A stretch of 64,000 bases of DNA from NCBI GenBank assembly GCA_958295765.1, contig CATQHB010000002.1, positions 2,032,091 to 2,096,090 on the forward strand. The letters are read 5' to 3'. A program made the translations under genes and the position numbers. Of the stretch, positions 1 through 9,864 are shown in pieces. Source of the DNA: an uncultured Dehalococcoidia bacterium. Lineage in GTDB: Bacteria; Chloroflexota; Dehalococcoidia; Lucifugimonadales; UBA3495. The notes under the pieces are model-generated. The model did not search any database, was not told where the DNA came from, and saw only the letters and a program-made list of their open reading frames with translations. The stretch's first letter is position 1, and each line of letters starts with the position of its first letter.

Positions 1-817
1 CGCGGAAGGGCCGCTGCGCCACCAGGGGGCAGTCGGCGGGCAGGGCGCCGCTGACGCTGTAAATCTTGGTGGCGTCCAGGGCTTCCTGCGGAGTCATCCG
101 GGGCAGAATGGAGGGCAGGGCGCGGGCCAGCATAGTCTTGCCGCTGCCCGGCGGGCCGTTAAAGAGGATGTTATGGAAACCGGCGGCGGCCACTTCCAAG
201 GCGCGCTTGGCGTGTTCCTGCCCCTTGATATGGGCCAGGTTGCTGCCGTTGGCCCGGTGGTGGTCATCATCAGTCAGTATCCCGCCGCCTTCCGCCGGGG
301 CAATTCGGGATTCCCCCAGCAGATGGCTGATTAAGGCGGCCAGGGTGGAAACGGGGAAAACCCGGATGCCGTCCACCAGGGCCGCCTCGGCGGCATCGGC
401 GGTAGGAACGTACACGGCGGCAAACCCCTGCTCCCGGGCCACCGAGACCATCGGCAGGACGCCGTTGGTATGGCGCAGGCTGCCATCAAAGGAAAGTTCG
501 CCCAGAAAGAGAGAGGGTTCGGCCGGCAGGTCAACCTGCCCGGAACTGAGCAGGATGCCGACGGCGATGGGCAGGTCGTAGGCCGGGCCGGCCTTTTTCA
601 GGTCGGCCGGGGCCAGGTTGACCGTGATTCGCCGCATGGGGAATTCGCAGCCGCTGTTGCGGAGCGCGGCCCGTACCCGCTCCCGGGCCTCCTGAACTGC
701 CGTATCCGGCAGGCCCACAATGTTGAAGGCGGGCAGACCGGGGGATATGTCCACCTCCACCTGAACGATAAACCCGTCTAGGCCGACTACGGCGCACGTT
801 TGACTCTTGGCTAACAT
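1..817 (-). CDS. comM: ComM/YifB Mg-chelatase-like AAA+ ATPase, N-terminal part (C-terminus lies beyond the window start)
   Basis: Absent from the ORF track because it runs off the edge. My reverse-strand translation from ATG (rc of 815-817) reads MLAKSQTCAVVGLDGFIVQVEVDISPGLPAFNIVGLPDTAVQEARERVRAALRNSG...HNILFNGPPGSGKTMLARALPSILPRMTPQEALDATKIYSVSG. This gives the typical ComM N-domain plus Walker A. Confidence 0.85.
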   Translation of the reverse strand, partial: MLAKSQTCAVVGLDGFIVQVEVDISPGLPAFNIVGLPDTAVQEARERVRAALRNSGCEFPMRRITVNLAPADLKKAGPAYDLPIAVGILLSSGQVDLPAEPSLFLGELSFDGSLRHTNGVLPMVSVAREQGFAAVYVPTADAAEAALVDGIRVFPVSTLAALISHLLGESRIAPAEGGGILTDDDHHRANGSNLAHIKGQEHAKRALEVAAAGFHNILFNGPPGSGKTMLARALPSILPRMTPQEALDATKIYSVSGALPADCPLVAQRPFR

Positions 818-901
818 CGCAAAACTCCTTGCGTTCCCGGACTTTTCCGGGAAAAGTTTTAGAAGTCAGCCAAAACTATAGAACAAATGGTCGGGTTCGC
901 G

Positions 902-1723
902 CTAGGGCCTGCTGACACTAATTTGCAACAGGTCGTCGGCCACGCTGACCGGGCCGCCAAATTCCCGCCGGGCCTCGTCAATCAGCGGTTGGGTATCCCG
1001 GTGAAAGGGGGTATCAATGTGGGTGAGGATGAGTTGACCGGCGCCGGCCAGAGCCGCGGCCCGGCCGGCTTCGGCGGCGGTGGAGTGGCCCCGGCGGTCC
1101 GTGCCTTCCTGGTCATCCTCAGTGCTCAACGCCTCGTGAATCAAGAGGTCAGCGCCCTGGGATGCTTCCACCAAGTTATCGCTGTAGCGGGTATCCCCGG
1201 AAAAGACTACCGAGATGCCCCCGGTTTCCACCCGCCAACCGACCGCCCCGCCGATGTGATTCACCGCAAAGGCGCTGGCCCGAACTTCGGTTCCCAGTTG
1301 AATCCACTGCCCGGTCTCAACCGGGTTCCAGTTCACCACCCGGTTGCCTTCCGAAGTGGTAACGCCGTCCTGGTCAACTTGGTGGGTGATGCTGGTGGCC
1401 CGGAAAAGACGTTGCACTCCTTCAATGCTGGGTTCCAGGCTGTGGATGACCAGGGGGGCCGCGTCCGGGGCGACCTGAGTGCGCCGGCCCTGGATATGGG
1501 GCAGCCCACCCATGTGGTCGCCATGCCGGTGGGACAACAGGACGTGCTCAAAATCCTCGGCATAGATGCCCAGCATAGCCCCGTGCCGGAGCGCCGAATT
1601 GCCCGAGGCGGCGTCCAGCAACAGCCGGGTGCCGTCGGCGCAATCCAGCACTATGGCGGTATGGGCGCGAAGGATACAGTTTCCCGCCCCGGTGCCTAGA
1701 AAGGTAACTTTAACGTCTGGCAA
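902..1723 (-). CDS. MBL-fold metallo-hydrolase (RNase Z-like)
   Basis: 273-aa ORF with the HRHGDHMGG (HxHxDH) metallo-beta-lactamase motif and an FLGTGAG N-terminus. Confidence 0.75.
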   Translation of the reverse strand: MPDVKVTFLGTGAGNCILRAHTAIVLDCADGTRLLLDAASGNSALRHGAMLGIYAEDFEHVLLSHRHGDHMGGLPHIQGRRTQVAPDAAPLVIHSLEPSIEGVQRLFRATSITHQVDQDGVTTSEGNRVVNWNPVETGQWIQLGTEVRASAFAVNHIGGAVGWRVETGGISVVFSGDTRYSDNLVEASQGADLLIHEALSTEDDQEGTDRRGHSTAAEAGRAAALAGAGQLILTHIDTPFHRDTQPLIDEARREFGGPVSVADDLLQISVSRP

Positions 1724-1845
1724 GGGTAAAGGCGCTCCTTCAGGTTAATCAGGTTAAATCAGTCCAGCCCGGCATCGCGCTGCAAGCCCTAATCCGGGCA
1801 AGCTATAATCCGGGGATGATTTCGCTCATCGGTAACACTTTTTAT

Positions 1846-1998
1846 CGCTCATGGTGAGCTTGTCGAACCATCCCGCCATCCTTCGACAAGCTCAGGATGA
1901 GCGGGGGAAGTGGCGATGTCTCTGCTCACCACTCCAACCCTTCTTACCGCTCATGGTGAGCCTGTCGAACCATCCCGTCCTTCGACCAACTCAAAATA
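1846..1998. repeat. Family A palindromic repeat, two hairpin units
   Basis: GCTCATGGTGAGCTTGTCGAACCA ... CCTTCGACAAGCTCAGGATGAGCGG at 1846-1904. A second, more degenerate unit lies at 1947-1998. Confidence 0.9.
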
Positions 1999-2031
1999 AT
2001 CAGGGCAGCCCGCGCCCACCGGACACCGGGG

Positions 2032-2679
2032 TTAATCCGGCTGCCGGCCCTCCTGGTCGGCCAGGCGGGCCTCCAGGCGCCGTTGTTGCAGGGATATGGT
2101 CAGGTCGCCCCGGGTGCGTTCCAGGACGCCGCGCATAGCGTCGGTGCTGCGGCGCAGGCCGGCGGTTACCGCCTCAGGGAAGTCTATGGTAACCAGGATG
2201 CCGTAAATCTCATCCATCAGCTCCATAAACTCCTCGCAATGCTCCACCGAATCCCGGCGCAGGGCGTCCAGGATGTAACGGCGCAGTTCCCCAATCACCT
2301 CGGCCATGCCGTTCAGGTACGCCGGCGCGTCAACCTCCAGGTCGCCGGGATGGGGAATGGCGCCCCGGGAGATGACCGCCAGGGTGATGTGGGCCTCGGC
2401 ATACTCCTTGCGCGCGTCGGACAGAAAACCGGCGAAGTAAATCTCCGGGTTTTCCTGGCGGATCGGCCGGGTCTCTTCCAGTCGGCGGCTGGCCTGCTGG
2501 AGCAAAAGGCCGGCCTCCTCAAACTCCCCGCGATGCACGGCGCGGATGGCGTTGGCTGAGCAGCGGATAACTTCCCGGGAAATCGCCAGGGCCTGCTCCC
2601 GGGCCTGGTGGCGCACCGTCAACAGGTCAACGGCTTCGGCGGCGATGTTGGCTAGTTCCTGATTGTAACGCGATGGCAT
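2032..2679 (-). CDS. Translin-family protein
   Basis: 215-aa helical protein. YLNGMAEVIGELRRY resembles the translin-family motif. The start overlaps the thiE stop (TAATG). Confidence 0.55.
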   Translation of the reverse strand: MPSRYNQELANIAAEAVDLLTVRHQAREQALAISREVIRCSANAIRAVHRGEFEEAGLLLQQASRRLEETRPIRQENPEIYFAGFLSDARKEYAEAHITLAVISRGAIPHPGDLEVDAPAYLNGMAEVIGELRRYILDALRRDSVEHCEEFMELMDEIYGILVTIDFPEAVTAGLRRSTDAMRGVLERTRGDLTISLQQRRLEARLADQEGRQPD

Positions 2680-3674
2680 TAAATCCGGCCTCCGGCTTGA
2701 CTGATGGCGGCCACCAGGCGGTGGGCAGCGGCTTCCGGCTCCGGGGCCAACCCTACGGCGGCGGTTACGCAGACGGCATCGGCGCCGGCTTCAATTACCG
2801 GGGCCACGTTTTCCGCGTTAATCCCCCCGATGGCGACCAGGGGAACCTGGGTTACGGCCCTAGCCTGGCGCAGGCGTTCCGGCCCCTGGGGGCCGCGCCC
2901 GCCGGGTTTGGTGGTGGTCGGGTAGATGGCGCCAAAAGCCACGTGGTCGGCGCCCATTTCCTGGGACTCGATGAGCAGGTCAATTTCCCGGTTGGAGCGG
3001 CCCAACACCTGCTCCGGCGCCAGCACCTGCCGGGCCTGGGCCACCGGCAAGTCGGTCTGCCCTACGTGAACCCCGCCGGAACCCACCGCCGCCGCCAAGT
3101 CCACGTGGTCGTTGACGATGAGCAGCGCATCATTAGCCGCGCACAACTCCTGCAAGTCCCGGGCCAGGGGGAGAATATCGCCCTTGTCCCGCCGCTTGTC
3201 CCGCAGTTGGAGCATCCGGGCGCCGCCCCGGACGGCGGCCTGAGCGATTTCCAACGGCTCCCGCCCGCCGGTAACCTCCGGGTCAATAATCACGTACAGC
3301 CCCCGAACCATACCGGCCTGCTCCCGCCGCCGGGCCGCGCCCAATTGCCCGGCCAGGGCCGCCAGGGCCTCGGCCAGCGCCCGGCCGGTTTCGGCCGGCC
3401 AGGGGGAATCGCCGCCCAGCGCGGAACGGGTATCCAGCGTATTCCGGGCCGTTTCCGTCAAGGCCAGCCCTTGGGCCAGAGTCAGCGGTTCCGCCGCAAG
3501 TTCCGGGCGTTCCGGGGGGGCAGTACCGCCGGGGCGCAGGGTTGCCGCCAAGTCCCTGAGCCGGTTGACAGTCGGCCCGCTTTCCGGCAAGGCGGGGCAA
3601 CCGGCAAGCAAAGCATCGAGGCAGCCAACCAGAGATTCCAGGAGAAAGTCGGGCAAGGCATTATGTTCGGTCAT
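2679..3674 (-). CDS. thiE: Thiamine-phosphate synthase with a ~120-aa Ala/Pro-rich N-terminal extension
   Basis: The C-terminal ~210 aa carry ThiE motifs (GLYVIIDP, LQLRDK, IVNDHVDLA, GVHVGQTDLP, LVAIGGI). An ATGA overlap with the upstream fmdB-like gene supports the long start. An alternative start is M122 at 3311. Confidence 0.85.
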   Translation of the reverse strand: MTEHNALPDFLLESLVGCLDALLAGCPALPESGPTVNRLRDLAATLRPGGTAPPERPELAAEPLTLAQGLALTETARNTLDTRSALGGDSPWPAETGRALAEALAALAGQLGAARRREQAGMVRGLYVIIDPEVTGGREPLEIAQAAVRGGARMLQLRDKRRDKGDILPLARDLQELCAANDALLIVNDHVDLAAAVGSGGVHVGQTDLPVAQARQVLAPEQVLGRSNREIDLLIESQEMGADHVAFGAIYPTTTKPGGRGPQGPERLRQARAVTQVPLVAIGGINAENVAPVIEAGADAVCVTAAVGLAPEPEAAAHRLVAAISQAGGRI

Positions 3675-4012
3675 ATATCAAGTTCCTTGGGGAGAGAACC
3701 TTGCCGGGCGGCGTCGATGTTGTCCCGCACCGACGGGGGCATCTCTACGCCATGCCGTTGAAAGCTCTCCTCCACGTTTCTGCCAATGTTGCGGGGGTCG
3801 CGGTAGTAGTCCAGGGGCGACGCTGCCCCGGATGCGGGGTATTGTTCTTGCACCGATTGGGTGGTCTTGCCCATAGCAAAGGTGGACATTCGGCGCTGCA
3901 TATCGCCGCTCTGACAGTGGGAGCAAACCGGGGTCAAGGCGGCGGCAATGGAACGGGTGAAAAATGAGGAAACCCGGTCGCAACTGCCGCAGCGATATTC
4001 GTAAATGGGCAT
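3671..4012 (-). CDS. FmdB-family zinc-ribbon protein
   Basis: MPIYEYRCGSC...CSHC CxxC-CxxC signature. Start moved to the MPIYEY Met (track ORF starts 5 codons upstream). Confidence 0.7.
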   Translation of the reverse strand: MPIYEYRCGSCDRVSSFFTRSIAAALTPVCSHCQSGDMQRRMSTFAMGKTTQSVQEQYPASGAASPLDYYRDPRNIGRNVEESFQRHGVEMPPSVRDNIDAARQGSLPKELDI

Positions 4013-4047
4013 TGCTGCACCTTCCAAAAGGCAGGCTAAAAGATGGG

Positions 4048-4470
4048 CTAACCGGCATCGCCGGCGCCGGCGTCCGTCCCGGCCCCGGTTCCGGCAGAAT
4101 TTCCGGCAGAGTTCCCGGTATCGGCCCCGGAGGAATCGGGGCGGTCAAAGGAACGGGGGCCGGTATGCAACTCCCGCCGCATCTCCTCAAAATCCGAGGT
4201 TACCTGCCCGCCCATTTCCTGCTTGATGCGGCCCATAAACCGGTCCAGGCTGGCCGGGCTGTCCTCATCCACGTCGGTCAGGGTTTCACCGCTGGGCGCC
4301 CAGTTCAGGCTTTCCCCCCAGGAACGGCGAAACGAAAAGCGGGAAACCAGCCGTTGCAAGTCGGAACCCCCACACCGGCCGCAAGCCCGGTCGGTATCCT
4401 TAGACCAGCTATAGACCAGCAGGGAATTAAGGTGCTGACAATCCGCGCAACGGTACTCATAAATGGGCAT
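4048..4470 (-). CDS. FmdB-family zinc-ribbon protein (tandem paralog)
   Basis: MPIYEYRCADC...CGRCGG followed by an acidic/low-complexity tail. Confidence 0.7.
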   Translation of the reverse strand: MPIYEYRCADCQHLNSLLVYSWSKDTDRACGRCGGSDLQRLVSRFSFRRSWGESLNWAPSGETLTDVDEDSPASLDRFMGRIKQEMGGQVTSDFEEMRRELHTGPRSFDRPDSSGADTGNSAGNSAGTGAGTDAGAGDAG

Positions 4471-4595
4471 TAACCGGCCACCACTCCCTTGCCTTCTCTT
4501 GCCGTTTGTTCCGGCTATTGTAGCACTAATGGGGGGCGGTTTTCACTATGGAGACACCCCAAGGTACTCTCAACCCTTGTTGGCATTATCATCGG

Positions 4596-4715
4596 GTAGG
4601 GGCGGGTTTATAACCCGCCCTGGCCCACAACGGCAAGGCAATGCAGGGAAACGGGAGTGCCGTAGTTGACATATTTCTCCGCCCGAGCCAGGGCGGGTTA
4701 CAAACCCGCCCCTAC
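4596..4715. repeat. Family B repeat, inverted pair
   Basis: GTAGGGGCGGGTTTATAACCCGCCCTGG (4596-4623) and its inverted copy CCAGGGCGGGTTACAAACCCGCCCCTAC (4688-4715). Confidence 0.9.
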
Positions 4716-4886
4716 CGGCCAACGAAACGTGGCATGGCAAGAATTTCCAATAGCCACTGCCAATAGCCAACAAATGTTGCCAATACCCTAATTCCCCCCG
4801 CATTTGTGCCGACTAGCGCCTGTTGTATAATGCAGGCAGCTAACTGCCCCAACGCTGCCCCAACGCCGACCTTTGAGGTGTCCGTT

Positions 4887-7676
4887 ATGGCCCAGGCTCA
4901 AGACGCTACGCTGCCCCTGTTCCGCCCCACGGAAGCGCAGCCTTTATTGCTGCTGATGGACGGCCATGCTATGGTGCATCGCTCCTTCCGGGCCATCTCC
5001 ACCCAGCGCCATCTCACCGTCTCGGCCACCGGAGAGGATGTTACCGGGGTGTACGGCTTTGCCAACGTCTTTCTGCGGGCCTTGCAGGACTGGCAGCCCA
5101 CCCATTGCGCCATTGCCTTTGACACGCCGGCGCCCACCTTCCGCCACCAGCGTTTTGAGGCGTACAAGGCGCAGCGGGAGTCGGCGCCGCCGGAGTTGCG
5201 CCCGCAGTTCGGGCGGGCCAAAGAGTTGATGCGAGCCTTTGGCGTCCCGGTTTACGAAATTGACGGCTACGAGGCCGACGATGTCATCGGAACCCTGTGC
5301 CGCCAGGCCGAGGAGGCCGGCCTGAACGCCGTAATCCTGACCGGCGACCGGGATACCTTTCAGTTGATTTCCCCCCAGGTGCGGGTTGACCTGTCTTACA
5401 GCATCCAGGAGCGGAAGGTGTATGATGAGGCCGAGTTAGCCGCCCGGTATGGCGGCCTCACCGCCGCCCAGCAGCCGGATTTCAAGTCTCTGTTGGGCGA
5501 TTCCTCCGACAACATCCCCGGCGTCCCCAAAATCGGGCAGAAGCGCGCTGTGGGCCTGCTCAACGACTACCATGACTTGGAGGGCATCTACCAACACCTG
5601 GACGAGGTGAAACCGCCCAGCGTCCGCCAGTCCCTCAGCGAGAACAAGGAACTGGCCTTTGCCAACCGCATCCTGACCACCATCTCCCGGGACGCCCCGG
5701 TGGAGTTGTCCCTGGACACCGCCCGCTATGGCCGGTTCGACCGGCAGCAGGTAGTCAGCCTGCTTACCGAGTTGGAGTTTTTCAGCATCATCCCCCGGCT
5801 GCCGGCGCCTACCCTGGAAATGGCCGGGGAAACGGCCGGTGGCGCCGGCGCGTCGGAAACGCCGGCCGCCAACGCTGCCGCCCCGACCGACTATGTAACC
5901 GTGCAGACCGAGGCACAACTGGAGGAAATGCTGGCCGCCCTCCGCGCGGCGGGCAGCTTTGCCTTTGACACCGAAACTACCAGCGTTGACCCCATGCGGG
6001 CCGAACTGGTGGGCCTGAGCTTTGCCACCGAACCGGGCCGGGCCTGGTACGTTCCCGTGGGGCATCAGGAAGGGGCGCAACTGCCCCTGGAGCCGACCCT
6101 GGCCCAAATCAAGGCCCTGATGGAAGACCCGGACTTAGCCAAGTGCGCCCACAACGCCAACTTTGACCTGATGATGCTGGCTAACTACGGCATCAACTCC
6201 CGCAACGTCAACTTCGACACGATGATTGCCGCCCACCTCTTGAGCAAGAACAACCTGGGGTTGAAGCAACTGGCCCTGGACTTGCTCGGCGTGGAGATGA
6301 CCCCCATCAAAGACCTGATCGGCTCCGGCAAGCGGCAAAAGACCTTTGACCAGGTGCCGGTGGAAGACGCCGCCCCCTACGCTGCCGCCGACGCCGATAT
6401 GACCGGACGCCTGCTGCCCCCCCTCCGCAACCAGGTTGAGCAGCAGGGGTTGGGGAACTTGCTGGCCGAACTGGAGATGCCCCTGACCCCCATCCTGGTC
6501 AATATGCAGCGCCAGGGCATCAAGCTGGACGTGGGGATGCTGCACGAAATGGCCCGGGACTTGAACGGCCAATTGCAGCAGTCCGAGTTGGACCTGTACG
6601 ATTCCATCGGCCATACGGTCAACATCAACTCGCCTCAGCAACTCAGCGACCTGCTGTTTCAGGAGTTGGGCCTGCCCAAGACCAAGCGCACCAAGACCGG
6701 CTATTCCACCGACGCCAACTCCCTGGAAGGGTTGAAGGCTTTTCACCCGGTAGTGGACAAAATTCTGGAGTACCGGCAAATCGCCAAGCTGAAGTCCACC
6801 TACGTGGACTCCCTGCCGGAAATGATTAACCCCCGCACCGGGCGGATTCACACCAGCTATAACCAGGTGGGTTCGGCCACCGGGCGGATGTCCAGCAGCG
6901 ACCCCAACTTGCAGAACATCCCCATCCGCACCGAGTTGGGGCGGCAGATACGGAAAGCCTTTATCGCCGAGGATGCGCCGGAGTGGGCGCTCTTTTCCGC
7001 CGACTATTCCCAGATTGAACTGCGGGTGCTGGCCCATCTCTCCCAAGACCCGGCCCTGCTGGAAGCCTTCCGCCGGGGCGAGGACATTCACGCCTCCACC
7101 GCCGCGCTGATGAACAACGTACCCATCAACGAGGTCAATTCGGAACAGCGGCGCATCGCCAAGGTATTGAACTTCGGGGTCATCTACGGCCTGTCGGCCC
7201 ACGGCATTTCCCAGCAGACCGGGTTCAGCCGGGAGGAGGGGGCCAGGTTTATTGAGACCTACTTCAACCAGTACCCGGGCATTTCCGGCTACCTGGAAGG
7301 GGTCAAGGCCCAGACCCGGCAGACCCAGTACGTGGAGACGCTGCTGGGCCGCCGCCGCTACGTGCCGGGAATCAGCGCCGCCAACTTCAACGAGCGCAAC
7401 GCCGCCGAGCGGATGGCGATAAATATGCCGGTGCAGGGCACCGCCGCCGACATTATGAAGCTGGCAATGATTCGGGTACACGACCGGCTGGCACGGGAAA
7501 ACCTGCGGGCGCGGATGCTGCTCCAGGTTCACGACGAACTGGTCTTTGAGGTGCCCAAAGAGGAAATGCCGGCCCTGCAAGCCCTGGTCTTTGACGAAAT
7601 GCCGGCCGCCATGGACCTGGACGTTACCCTGAAAGTGGACGCCAAATGGGGCGAAACCTGGGGGGATATGGAGTAG
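4887..7676 (+). CDS. polA: DNA polymerase I
   Basis: 5'-3' exonuclease N-terminus (LLLMDGHAMVHRSF, SDNIPGVPKIGQKRA), 3'-5' exo-like domain (FAFDTETTS), and Pol A motifs (DYSQIELRVLAH, QVHDELVFE). I prefer ATG 4887 because a TATAAT box (4826-4831) lies inside the GTG-4806 extension. Confidence 0.95.
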   Translation: MAQAQDATLPLFRPTEAQPLLLLMDGHAMVHRSFRAISTQRHLTVSATGEDVTGVYGFANVFLRALQDWQPTHCAIAFDTPAPTFRHQRFEAYKAQRESAPPELRPQFGRAKELMRAFGVPVYEIDGYEADDVIGTLCRQAEEAGLNAVILTGDRDTFQLISPQVRVDLSYSIQERKVYDEAELAARYGGLTAAQQPDFKSLLGDSSDNIPGVPKIGQKRAVGLLNDYHDLEGIYQHLDEVKPPSVRQSLSENKELAFANRILTTISRDAPVELSLDTARYGRFDRQQVVSLLTELEFFSIIPRLPAPTLEMAGETAGGAGASETPAANAAAPTDYVTVQTEAQLEEMLAALRAAGSFAFDTETTSVDPMRAELVGLSFATEPGRAWYVPVGHQEGAQLPLEPTLAQIKALMEDPDLAKCAHNANFDLMMLANYGINSRNVNFDTMIAAHLLSKNNLGLKQLALDLLGVEMTPIKDLIGSGKRQKTFDQVPVEDAAPYAAADADMTGRLLPPLRNQVEQQGLGNLLAELEMPLTPILVNMQRQGIKLDVGMLHEMARDLNGQLQQSELDLYDSIGHTVNINSPQQLSDLLFQELGLPKTKRTKTGYSTDANSLEGLKAFHPVVDKILEYRQIAKLKSTYVDSLPEMINPRTGRIHTSYNQVGSATGRMSSSDPNLQNIPIRTELGRQIRKAFIAEDAPEWALFSADYSQIELRVLAHLSQDPALLEAFRRGEDIHASTAALMNNVPINEVNSEQRRIAKVLNFGVIYGLSAHGISQQTGFSREEGARFIETYFNQYPGISGYLEGVKAQTRQTQYVETLLGRRRYVPGISAANFNERNAAERMAINMPVQGTAADIMKLAMIRVHDRLARENLRARMLLQVHDELVFEVPKEEMPALQALVFDEMPAAMDLDVTLKVDAKWGETWGDME

Positions 7677-7708
7677 GGGGGTAGGTTTGGGCGGATGCAA
7701 TGCCCTTG

Positions 7709-7925
7709 GTCATTCCGAGTCTGGCCGGGGCTTGTCATTCCGAGCTTGGGCGGCGTTTGTCATTCCGAGCGTAGCCGAGGAATCTAAAATGCCCGATGTC
7801 CAAACCGTTACTTACGGCAAAGATTTTAGACCCTTCGCTGCGTTCAGGGTGACATTTTATAGAGGTAGAGGGTTTTGTTGCATTTGGCGGGTAGTTCTGG
7901 ATTCCGGCTTTCGCCGGAATGACGG
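7709..7925. repeat. Family D repeats (three GTCATTCCGAG heads plus the inverted partner) followed by a family C arm
   Basis: GTCATTCCGAG at 7709, 7734 and 7759. GATTTTAGACCCTTCGCTGCGTTCAGGGTGACATT ends at 7856. CTGGATTCCGGCTTTCGCCGGAATGACGG lies at 7897-7925. Confidence 0.85.
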
Positions 7926-7946
7926 GCTGGAAAGAGGCAACACTTT

Positions 7947-8540
7947 ATGAAACCCTGGATAATTATTGCCGGTTTGTCGCTGTTGCTGCTGGCGACCTTG
8001 GCGGCGTGCAGCGCGCCGTCCGGGGAACCGGAGGCCCAGCTGCCGACCGTTTCAGCGTTTACCTGGGAAACGTATTCAGACGCCGCCGGGTCTTTTACCA
8101 TTGACATCCCCGACTACTGGCCGCTGGATGTGGTGGAAGTGCAGCCGGACGGTAAAACTTCTCTTACCCGGTGGAGTGTACGGAACGGTGAGGATTCCTT
8201 GCAGTTTTTCGTGGAGGTTGTCGCCCATTATAACCAGACCGGATGGGACTTCACCAGCGAGGAGAGGAGTAAGAATAACTTCGCCCACCTGAATACTATA
8301 TACGAAAGGCAGGTAGGAGTTCACTATATCGAGCCGCCGCATCCAATCCGCAATGGATGGGCCTACACAGTAGAGTTGGATGCTTACGAAGGCAAGCATT
8401 GCCGGGTCCGTTCCACTGAATACTTTGATGCAAAGCCGGGATGGACTTACGTTGCCACTGCCAGTATCTGCGCCGACGAAAATATCACCTATTACCTGGA
8501 TGGCAGGCAGGCGATTTTCTCCCTTACGCCCACCCCATAA
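7947..8540 (+). CDS. Hypothetical lipoprotein
   Basis: Signal peptide with lipobox LLATLAAC. No recognisable domain. Visibly lower GC than its neighbours. Confidence 0.6.
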   Translation: MKPWIIIAGLSLLLLATLAACSAPSGEPEAQLPTVSAFTWETYSDAAGSFTIDIPDYWPLDVVEVQPDGKTSLTRWSVRNGEDSLQFFVEVVAHYNQTGWDFTSEERSKNNFAHLNTIYERQVGVHYIEPPHPIRNGWAYTVELDAYEGKHCRVRSTEYFDAKPGWTYVATASICADENITYYLDGRQAIFSLTPTP

Positions 8541-8706
8541 GGCAGAAGGGTTATGTTCACTATTTGCTATATAATCTCTGTGCCAACTTTATTGCCCAGA
8601 AAGACCAGAGGTAGCGATGCCAAGCTACCCAGCAAATGCAACAGAACCAGGGAGGGGTATGGCGCCGGTTGCCAGGGCAATCGCATCATAAAACCGTCAT
8701 TATAAA

Positions 8707-8803
8707 CCCGTCGTTCCGGCGAAAGCCGGAATCCAGAACGCTTGATAGCCGGCCTGCTCTTTCCCCGGGGATTTCCTGGATTCCGGCTTTCGCCGGAACG
8801 ACG
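8707..8803. repeat. Family C repeat, inverted pair
   Basis: CCCGTCGTTCCGGCGAAAGCCGGAATCCAG ... CCTGGATTCCGGCTTTCGCCGGAACGACGG. Confidence 0.9.
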
Positions 8804-8910
8804 GTTGCTTATGTTACCCTAGTTGAGAAACGATTACCCGGCGCCGGTTGCCTAAATACGCCCCGACTTTAACCGACACTAAAACCGATTAAATCATCAG
8901 GAGGCCCTCC

Positions 8911-9789
8911 TTGGAACTACTCCGCAGCCTTATTTTTGTTCCCGGCAACCGGGCTAATATGCTGGAGCGGGCGCTGGCTTTTGACGCCGATATTGTTATG
9001 GTTGACTTGGAGGATTCGGTGCCGCCGGCGGAGAAGGTTGCGGCGCGGGAGTTGGCCGGCCAATGGGTTCCCGCCCTGCGCCGGGCCGGCCGGCGGGTGA
9101 TGGTTCGGGCCAACTCGCTGGATACCGGATTGACCGGGGAGGAACTGGCCGCCGTGATTTCCCCCGACCTTTACGGCGTCAGCGTGGGCAAAACCGAGTC
9201 GGCGTGGGACTTGCGGGAGTTGGAGCGCATCATCGCGCCGCTGGAAGCCGCCGCCGGCCTGGAATACGGCCAGGTCAAGCTGATTCCCTGGATTGAAAGC
9301 GCCAGGGCGGTTATCAACGTGAGCGAAATGGCCGCCGCCCTGCCGCGCATACCGGCCATTGCCTTTGGCGCCGAGGACTACACCAACGATCTGGGTATCC
9401 GGCGCACTGACGCCGGGGCCGAGGTTCACCACCCCCGGGCCGCCATTGCTATCGCGGCGCGGGCCGCCGGCGTCGCCGCTCTGGACAGCCCCTACGTCGC
9501 CTTTCAGAACCCGGAGGGGCTGGCCCAGGACGCCGCCGCCGCGCGTCAACTGGGCTACACCGGCAAGTTTGCCATTCACCCGGCCCAGCTTGCGGCCATC
9601 AATCAGGCGTTCAGCCCTCTGCCGGAGGATGTGGACTACGCCCGCCGGGTGGTGGCGGCGTGGGACGAAGCCGAGGCTGCCGGGCGCGGTTCCCTGGCTC
9701 TGGACGGCAAAATGGTGGACGTGCCGGTGGTCAAGCGCGCCCAAAACCTGCTGGCCCTGGTCGAGGCCATCAGCAACGCCGGCGGTTGA
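8911..9789 (+). CDS. HpcH/HpaI aldolase / citrate-lyase beta-subunit-like (CitE family) protein
   Basis: LRSLIFVPGNRANMLERALAFDADIVMVDLEDSV is a typical CitE/malyl-CoA-lyase-like N-terminus. TTG start with AGGAGG 7 nt upstream. Confidence 0.75.
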   Translation: MELLRSLIFVPGNRANMLERALAFDADIVMVDLEDSVPPAEKVAARELAGQWVPALRRAGRRVMVRANSLDTGLTGEELAAVISPDLYGVSVGKTESAWDLRELERIIAPLEAAAGLEYGQVKLIPWIESARAVINVSEMAAALPRIPAIAFGAEDYTNDLGIRRTDAGAEVHHPRAAIAIAARAAGVAALDSPYVAFQNPEGLAQDAAAARQLGYTGKFAIHPAQLAAINQAFSPLPEDVDYARRVVAAWDEAEAAGRGSLALDGKMVDVPVVKRAQNLLALVEAISNAGG

Positions 9790-9864
9790 CGCCGGCGCCC
9801 CGCCGCTACCTACCGAATGGATTATTTATAGCTATATCAATACATCAATACGCTGGAGCGGGCC

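Noticed and set aside
6135-7700. Long antisense or overlapping ORFs in the track: 6135-7700, 10607-12205, 22833-24299, 27048-28049, 28840-30024, 33772-35202, 36542-37693, 45069-46280, 46563-47687, 49549-50781, 51119-53008, 52893-54077, 56956-58776, 59251-61185, 61797-62639, 62356-63114
   Set aside because: These are typical high-GC shadow ORFs. They have Arg/Gly/Pro/Ala/His-rich low-complexity translations and no recognisable motifs. Each lies opposite a gene with clear family signatures.
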